Assembly: GCA_964487475.1 (NCBI GenBank)
Contig: CAZAPM010000016.1
Location: 1-50,365 of the forward strand
Direction of reading: 5' to 3'
Length of the DNA stretch: 50,365 nucleotides
Origin: an uncultured Planctomycetales bacterium
GTDB lineage: Bacteria > Omnitrophota > Gorgyraeia > Gygaellales > Profunditerraquicolaceae
Below, piece after piece: positions 38,901-47,900 of the stretch. The notes under the pieces are model-generated. The model was not told the DNA's origin and did not search any database. It saw only the letters and a list, made by a program, of their open reading frames with translations. The stretch's first letter is position 1. Every line of letters begins with the position of its first letter. The translations under genes were made by a program, and so were the position numbers.

Positions 38901-41900
38901 GCAACCTCATAACGCTGCTCCGAAGTAGGCTGAAAGAAAAGCGATTCCACCACTGCCTCGGTGATACAATTGCCGCAGCGCAGCGTATATTCCATCCAGT
39001 CGAAAAGCTCATCCATCGTCTCTTCCAGCACCTGCCAGGGAAGCGGAGCCGCCCCCTCGACTGAGGAGAGTTCCCGCACCAGATCCGAGCGCAGCAGCTT
39101 CTCCGCGGCATACTGCGCCTCCCCGAAATCCCCGGTCATCCACTTGTCAGGGCATCCCTTCGCCGCGCGCTCATTGAAGCGCAGCATGACCTGCACCTTG
39201 AGCTGTTCCCCCCTGTTGAGCACATACCCTTCGCAGATCAGCCTGCCTGCGGGATCATTACGCTCGAGCCGGTACGAACGGATATCCAAGCCGCGCATCA
39301 CGCGCAGCAGCCTCGCATGAGCCCGCTGTGCCGGAAGCTCGCGGTTAACGCATCCGTCCTCCACATGCGCCTTTTCATGCGCGATGATATGCGCGATAAG
39401 CACATTCTCGGTAAAGTTCAAAGAGCGTTCCTCCAGAACCTCGCGTATGGCCTGCCGCACGATCTGCTCGGAAAGGCCCTCCCTCCACCGCCATCCGCCG
39501 GGACTGCTGCGGGCAAATTCGAGATCCTGGATATCCGCGGGAGGACCGGTCAACTTACCGCTTTCCTCAAGGTACTTCGCGAGACGGCGCGCGACGAACA
39601 TGAGATCATCCGCCAGCAGCAGTAACTGGGCGCGTACATCCGAGAATTCCCGTATCTCCGCCCCCTCGACAAGCGCGCGGATGGTGAACTTCCCCTCCAG
39701 CATCCTCTTTACGGCCTTGGCCCTGCGACGGGAATCCCGCCAATCGACGATCGCATCATACACGGGCCGCCAAAGCGCGCCCATGATCAGAAGCGGTATG
39801 GAAACGATCAAGGCCCGCAGCAGGATGGTTCCCAGCCCGGCGCCGATCCCTCCTCCGTCCACCGCGTCCCAAAGCGCGGCCAGCGCCCAGGAAGCGGCGG
39901 TCATCCCCGACATAGCCCGCCATCGCTTCGCTCCCCGCACTTCCGATACCTTCCAGGGATCGCTCACCGCGGCAAAGAACCATACGGCCAGGAATATGAT
40001 ACCCAGCGCCCACAGGTAAGGCCCCGCGGCCAAATGCACGGCCAGCAGCATGAACCCGCACGACGTAGCGAATTGACTCTGAACAGGTGACGCATTACGC
40101 CCGGTAGAGACCAGCAGAGCCCGGGAAACGCCCGACCCCTTCAGCTCCCGGGATATCCGGCCGAAGGCCAGGTACGGCAGCACTGCCGCTCCTTCGGCAA
40201 CCGCTCCCTGCCGGCGGTAAAAATCGATCGCGGCCGGGACGTCCTGCCAGTCAACCGTCACCACGTGGTCTGCCAGCGCATAAAGGATATGGAACGCCTG
40301 CGGCTCGAGCTTCTTGGTATCGATACCGCTCTCGGAGAACACTTCACGTTGATCCGGATCGAAATACTCGACGATCCTCCCCTTAAGGAAGGATTCGAAA
40401 AGATGCCTCGTCCGGGTAGTCTGCACCAGTACGATCATGATCGTCGGGTCCCGCAACTTGGCAGCCAGGGCAAACCCGCTTGCCAGCCCGCCGGCTCCGA
40501 CGGGAATGATCACCGCCAGCGCCCCGGTGGTCCCGTTCGACCGCAGCGCATACGCGTCAAGGGTAGCTTCGGCGAGCGCCGTATACCCTTCGATCGCCTG
40601 CCAGTCCGCATGCTGCACGAACAACGCATCCGGATGCAATTCAAACGCGCGTTTCCTGGCAGCCGCATATGCCTGTTCATAATCCTCGTATGGCAGGTCT
40701 GCGGACGGACCGCGGACGACACGCGCGCCAAACCGCTCCATTTTCGCGATCTTTTCCTCGAATGCCTCCTTGCTGACATAGATCAGGAGATCGATGCGCA
40801 CCTGCGGGTAGACCTGGCGCAGACGCGATACCACGTAACTGAGCGCGATCCCCTGGTTCCCGGTCGTGGCGGAGATCACGGTAAGCGCACCGATCCCTTC
40901 ACGGGCCAGATACGCCACACGCTTGGCCACGCCGAAACACATCCAGGGCTTGAAAGATCCCGTCGGCTGCTCCCCAAGGTCCGCGACCGCTGCCGAGATA
41001 CCCGGGACCTCTTGCGGCAAGTCCCGCAGCGAGACCGGAAGGGAAGTGAAAGGCTGCAACAGCCGTGCCGCCTGCGAAACCATCTGCCGGAACAAGGGCT
41101 CCTGAGCGGTCACATCATTCACGCAGAAAGGCACGGTCCGGGGGTCGCGCGAAAGATGATACGGGGAAACCTGCACGAACCCGTGCTCGAAAAGTCCCTC
41201 CCCGGTCTTCTGCATCAGGATGTACGACCCGAAACCAAGCACGTTCGAGATCCTGGGCACGACAAAGAGCGCCTGCACTTTCTCCGGCTCGACGTTCGTC
41301 TCCACGATCTTAAGCCCCTGCATCAAGGCGTATCCCGGAGGCCTGGCCTGGACCACCAAAAGGTACTTGCCCGTCCGGGTATGCGCCATGGCGTTGCGGT
41401 AATACAGCCTGCTGCGGTCGTCATAGGAGAGCCCTCCGGCAAACCCCGGTTGTTTGACCACCGTCAGGTCGCTTATGCCGGCAAGACCGTCGATCCGCTG
41501 CGAATAATCCCGGTGCAGGAAACGCACTTTGATCTCCCGGTTGAGGGATGAATCGTGCAATGTAACGGTAAGCTCCTCCCCCTCCCCCAGCTCCGGGGAT
41601 ATCCGCACCCGTATCTCCTCCCTCTCCATCCCGATCGCCGGCAGGATCTGCGCTTGCACCCGCGTACCTTCCCCTTCTATCGCGGCGACCGAGAACCTTC
41701 CCTGCGATATACGCACCGCCCGCAACAGGGCTTCCAGAGCCTTAGAGATTATGAACTGCTCCTCGTTATCGATAAGCACGACCTCTCCGGCATGCTCGCA
41801 GATGGTCAGGAGGAATAGCACGGTGGGCATATCTTTACCGCAGGCAGGATACAGGATCGTGGACACCTCCGCCGATACGTTACGCACCGCCGGAGTATAA

Positions 41901-44900
41901 TTTTCCGCATACCCGGTTCCCGTCAGGATCCCGGGGATCATCGCGATCGGAGTCCCCCACCAGCGGGAGAGCCAACCGTCATAGAATCCGTGCAGGACCA
42001 TCACCGCAACCAGTAAACCCAGGATCACCGGCCAGGAGAAGAACAGCGCCGCAGGCTTTGCCGCCAGCAGCGGCAGGAAATAGAGCGCACGGATGACAAG
42101 CGCTGCCGCCTCTATACGCAACAGCCCCGGCACCAACGCTCTCCCCTCCGTTGCCTCGGGGTGATACCAGACCAGGGAATCATCGCCCTGCCACTGCGCA
42201 AAGCCGGTGGCATGCGCAACAGGGGTCAGCATTACGCTGACCGCATAAGAGGACAGGAGCGCCTCGAGGAAAGGAAGAGCCCACCAATGCATGAGCGCCC
42301 AGGTCCCGCCGGTGATCACCAGCAGTGCGAATAACGGTTCTTCCAACGCCCCACACACCGCTACCGCCCAGCGCAGAGGCACTCCCACACGGAAAAGGAA
42401 CGCGCCGACCGTCCTGGCTGCCAGGCGCGTCATGGCCAGCGGGACGCCTCGCGATGCGCCGGTATTGATACTCGGAAGGTAACGCTTCGCGCGCGACCAC
42501 CAGCGGACGATCCTTGTGCGCAGACTCCAGGCAGCGACCCGCTGCGGGAATCCGGTCAACGCTTCGAGCCGCTGCATCAGCTGTTCCTTCGAAGTGATCC
42601 TTCGGGAGAATTCCGCTGCCGCCGCCACCGGATCCTCCCCCTCCCCGCGGCGGGCAAGCGCCAGCACCGTTTCCCTCACCGCTGCCGGTACATCCGCGGC
42701 GGTCATGAAGGAGAAATCGAATTCCCGGTTGGAGAGGAACTCCTGATGCAGCCGCGCGGAGAATTCCACGATCCGGGAGATCTCGCGCCGGATATAGCCG
42801 CGCCGGGACACAAAAGGCGGCAGGTACATCCCGCGCATATGCAGCGCATGCAGCACTTCCTCTTTGGAACGGCTGCGCATCGCACCCTGGGCGTTAAGCC
42901 CTGCGGAAAGCAGCAGCGCATTGTTCTTGGAAAAATACTCGAAGAGCGCGGGTTTCCCCAGCAGTTTCCCGGGTGCGGCATAGACCCATGATCCGGCGGA
43001 ACGGAGGATCTTGAGCCTCAGGAACGCGGTCGAGATACCCCGTTCGCGGGATTCCAGGTCGTTAAGCACCGGAAGGTCCACCTCTCCGAAAAGCACTTTA
43101 TTCTCGTCGGTACGCCGGTTCGAGGTACAGTTGAAACGCACATACTTCTGCCAGCAGTCCTGCGGCAGGACCACGAAGGAGACCATTTTCCCCCGCTGCT
43201 TGGTCTCGTCCACTTCCCCGGTGCGCGCATCGAAGGTGAAATCCCTTCCTTCCAGCACCTGATACGCCTTCGCCACGTCTTTAACGATCAGCAGGTTATC
43301 GTAATCGGAATATTTCTCCCCGGCGATAGAGGAACCGAAGGCAATGACGCTGACCAGGTTTTCCCCGAGATTCTCCCGCAGCCAGGGGACATACCCGAAT
43401 TTCTTTTTCTCTTTGGCCGAAAGTTCTGCCCGGCGGTGCACCGTGGAATGATCGCGGCACGCCAGCGGAATGCGCCGCACATACTCGAGGAATTTCAACT
43501 TGATAAAGATGAGCGCTTTACGGTGGTACTCCTGAGGCAGGCGCTCGAAGAGAGACACCTCGAGGAACTCCTCCTCCTCGGCGTTCAGCAGCCCGGTAAG
43601 TCGCATGAGCATGGTCATGCGGTTATAGATATACACTTTGTTCTCGAAAGTAGACTTATCACCCCGATCATGGGTAATGAAGGAATCCAGGGTCGCGGAT
43701 TTCGCGGTCAGCTCGGTCTGCAGCTGCAGGAGATAACTGCACACCACCTCATCGTCGGTAAGCTTTGGACCGGAGAATAATTCTGCGAGCGCCTGGGCGC
43801 CCAGAGTAGCCTCAAGGGAATGGAAATATGTCGGAAGGTATACGGAAAGACCCTTCAGCTCCGCGGCAGGCCAAAGGTAATTGATCCCATCGCCGAAACG
43901 GGAGTAAAGCGCGGCGATCTGCTCGGCGCGAGGAACGGCATCGGTGATGAAATAACGGAAGGTCCTGGCTCCTTCCTCGTTGCGGCCGCTGCCGTACGTA
44001 CGCTCTCCCTGCGCCAGGATGGAAAGCGCCGGAGGGGCGCGCAACAGGCCGCGGCGCACCAGCCATTGGCGCACGAACGGAAGGGAAATTCCCAGCATCC
44101 CCATCCCTGCACCGGAAGCGGCCAGGCCGGCTGCCAGAAGCCCTACATGCCAGAACAAGGACATCGCCTCCGGGAACGCTCCGGCATCAGGAGCAGGCGC
44201 GTGCGGGCCCAGGGAGCTCCGGTCAGGATTGAAGTTATCCAGCACTGCCCCGGCATCATACTCCAGCGGCGCGGCGCGCATCCGGGATTGCGCTTCATAC
44301 CAGGCTATGCGTGCGCGCACATGCTCGTTGATATCCCTCTCCTCTTCCAGCACCGGGGCACGGCCCAGCCAGATCGGGCATTTATCGGGCCCGACCGGAG
44401 TATTGCTGATCGCAGCCGCCATCTCCACCTCGATGGCGTGGGCCTCCTGCGGGGTCAGGGCGCTTCCGCGCACCCTTTCCACCGCTGCCTGCGCCTCGTA
44501 GAAAAGGTGTGAGTACTGCCCGCGCAAAAGGTCCAGCGCCGGCTTGACCACCGCCTTTTCCTCGGGAGTAAGGTTACGGATCACCGGCTCCTCCTGCGCC
44601 AAAGGAGCGCGGCGGGAGAACAGGAACCTGTGCGCCACGGAAGGGGGTGCCTGCGGTCTCGCAGATTCATTCGACCCCGCCTCAGGAGCGCGGGAAGGAG
44701 CATCCGCCGGATCGAGTTTCGTCCGGAGATGGTGCGAGGTCACGGAAAACGCGGTAGCGGCAAGCAACACCGCCATGCTTTTTTCATTCTCGGAAAGCCC
44801 GAGCTTGGCGATCCGCCGGCGCGCATTTCCGCGGCATATCCCCGCGCAGAAAAGGAGTAACACCGCCGCGGCCGCGAGCACGGCATACGGAGCATGTATC

Positions 44901-47900
44901 CACCAGGGAAGCAGCGCGATCGCAGTGGATACCACCGCCAACAGAAGCGTCATGACCAGGAGGACCCCTCCCGCTTCACTGCGGTTCAAAGGACGTGCCC
45001 CGTCCCGGACCACGAACTTCCCGGCCCAGGGGACCTGCAAGTATCTCTCCTGAAGATGCACGATAACCTTATCGATACTGCCGTCGGAATTCTTCACCGC
45101 CCGGGTAAAATACGGGAAATGTCCGCTGTTATCCGATACCCGGGTGAAGAACGCCTGTGCCGCTGCCCTGCGGGCAACCGGGATATGGAAATATTTGTAT
45201 CCGTTACGCGCATAGAGCTCGCACTGCGTGCACAAAAGCGTCCAGCCCGCCCGTACTCCGTTGTGACGCAGCCAGGGCATGACGTAAAGGCCTTTACCCT
45301 CGATCTCCCGATACTCGGGGGAAACCCTTACCCCGTATATCCCCGCGGGCCTTCCGTGACGCAGCGCGATCAAGGCAAAGTAACGGGGATCATGGAGATT
45401 CTCTCCGGCTGCGGGAACGAACACTCTTGCCGCCTCCGCTTCACGCTGCGCGCACAACGGCACTTCCGAAGGGTGCACCTTGGTCAGCGCCTGAGCAAAG
45501 GGGATCCCGGAGTGCGGATGGTACATGACGAAGTCCAGCTCCCCGGAATGCCAGGAATCGTTCCCGTTACCGCTCCCGCGCTCCCATACCGGCAGATGGC
45601 CGGCATGCTCAGCGGCGATGAACGCGCAGTCACAAGCCGCTTCTCCCAGCTCCGCCTCGTCATTTTCGCTTAAACATCCGGACAGTTTCCCGGAATCAAA
45701 ATCCTCCGCCGTAACCTCCCTGCCTGCGGCGCGGCACAGCTGCACCCAGAGCCGGTGGAATTTCAATAGACTGCGCGCCTCCGCATCCCCGATCAGCTGT
45801 AACTGCAGCAGCAGCTCCACGTTATCCTCCAGCGCAGGCCTGGACGCAAGGTGATACCGGGCGCACAGGTCATCCGCCAGGAAAGTCGCCGCGTTTTGAG
45901 GCTCCGGCTCAACCGCAGGAGCAGAAACGGGAACGAAGGTACGGATACGCTCCAACATCGCCGCACGGTGGCGCACCTGCCGCCATTGCGCCACACCGTA
46001 AAGCGCCCCTGTCTCCAGAAGCACGCTGGCCGCCGCCGAGAGCAATCCGGCGCTTAAAGGAACCAAAGAGAAATGACATATCAAAACCTTATAGAATACA
46101 ATACAAAGTATGGCTGAAGCCGAAAGGAATGCCATGAGCGGCAGGATGGCAAACCCCTGCACGGAGCGCGGCTGCTGCGCTGCGGCCAGGGAAGGTCTTG
46201 GAGGCGCACGGTGCTCATCGACATTACGGTAAAGCGCGTACACAAACCACACCAGTGCGGTCGCCTGCCATTCATCGATCCCATGGGTCAGGGTCAGCAC
46301 GCGCCAGGCGTCAAATACCTTCTGATGCTGATCCTGCCTGAAATCCCGGTGCGCGAATATCCAGCACAGCAAAGACGCCAGCACTTCATACACCGGCGGC
46401 GGCATCTGCAGATCGAGGATCCTTCCCAAACACTCTTCTTCATTCTTGACGCCCTGCGTGTGCTTGAAAAAATCATCCTGGGGCAGCATCTCGGTCACGA
46501 GCAGGAACCATTTCGGATTTTGACCGGGGACGAGCTTGCTCGGGTAAAAGGCACCGTCGGCCATCCCGGCCAGCGCCAGCACGCCCGCGCCTGCCGCCGG
46601 CCAGCCCAGGACGCACGCGGCCAGGAGCGCCACCGCCATCGCCGCAACAAAACGCGCCACGGGGAAATGCCGGTCCATCTCGTTGACCACGGTAAGATAT
46701 TTCGGGGCCCCGCACCTTTGCAGATTGAACCAGACCGCCAGGTCACGGAAGAAATCCGGCTTTTTGTGTTTCGGGTATTTCAGCTCCAGCACCGCCCTTC
46801 TTCCCGGTTCCGTCCAGATATCGACGCGGGGCAGCGCCGGCTCCAGCAGGAACCCGTGGAATACCCCCTGGGCGGGATACCCCCGCACCTTCCGGTCAAA
46901 GGTGATCCGCGCCACTCCGCCGCCAGGCAAAGGCCTGAAATATGCGGTCCGGTCGTACACCACGTATGCCTGCGGCACGGCATTAAGGTCCCAGAGCATA
47001 TCGCAGAACTTCCGCAGGGCATCAAACTGCTCCTGCCAGTCCTTCGCATCGGGAGAGGCAAGATGGTCCCGATGCGGCAGCGCACCCGCCAGGATCATCT
47101 CGCCCGCGTCCCGGCGCAGGGCGGCGCGGTCCTTTGACACGTCGATCGGCCGGGCGCGGTTCTTGACCTCGGAGAAGACCGGAGAAGACGGCGAATCGTC
47201 GTAATAGCGGAGTCGCAGCTTGAAGAACTCCGGCTCTTCGCTTTGCACCATCATCGCCAGGTCGAACCGCGGAGAATCCAGATAGAGGCTGGCGACCTGA
47301 TATGACCGGCCGGAGCCGTTCGATGATTCTTTGTCATGGGTCCAGCCATCCCGGATCACCAGGTCCTCGATCTTTTCGGCCTGCGACTCATGCAGGAAAT
47401 ACTTCTCTTCGTGCCGTCCCCGCATGGGAGAATGCCCGCCGTTGTTACCGGCATCCATCGCCCGGTCCTGCAGCCGCGAGAGCCTGGGCAGATTCTTGTA
47501 GCGCATGGTGCGCAGATCGCTCCAATGATACCCGTACCGCGCCAGCACCTGCCAGGAGATATCCCCCTGCGCGCGGAATATCCCGGTGAGCGTCTCGTTG
47601 AGCTCATGCGGCAATCCCAACCGGGCGAGGAACTCATGGAAGACCACCTCGAGCTCCGAATGCCCGCGGTATCCTCCGGCACGGATGAACATCCTTACCC
47701 GGCGGACGCTGCGATCCAACGCGATGAATCCCCCTCCGAAATACGCATGCCTGTCAGAAACAAAGCGTATATCACCCTTACCCCACATCTTCTCGAAGAT
47801 ATCGGCGAGATTCCCCAGCCCCTCCCGCGAAAGGTAGTCTATGATGAACGCGGCGTGGCCAAAGGGGATACGCTCCGTCCGCTTTGCCCGTACCTCCCGG

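Noticed and set aside
46680..47425. Functional link between the VTC domain and the pho/pst cluster
   Set aside because: About 40 kb apart with unrelated genes between, and no shared regulatory motif seen.
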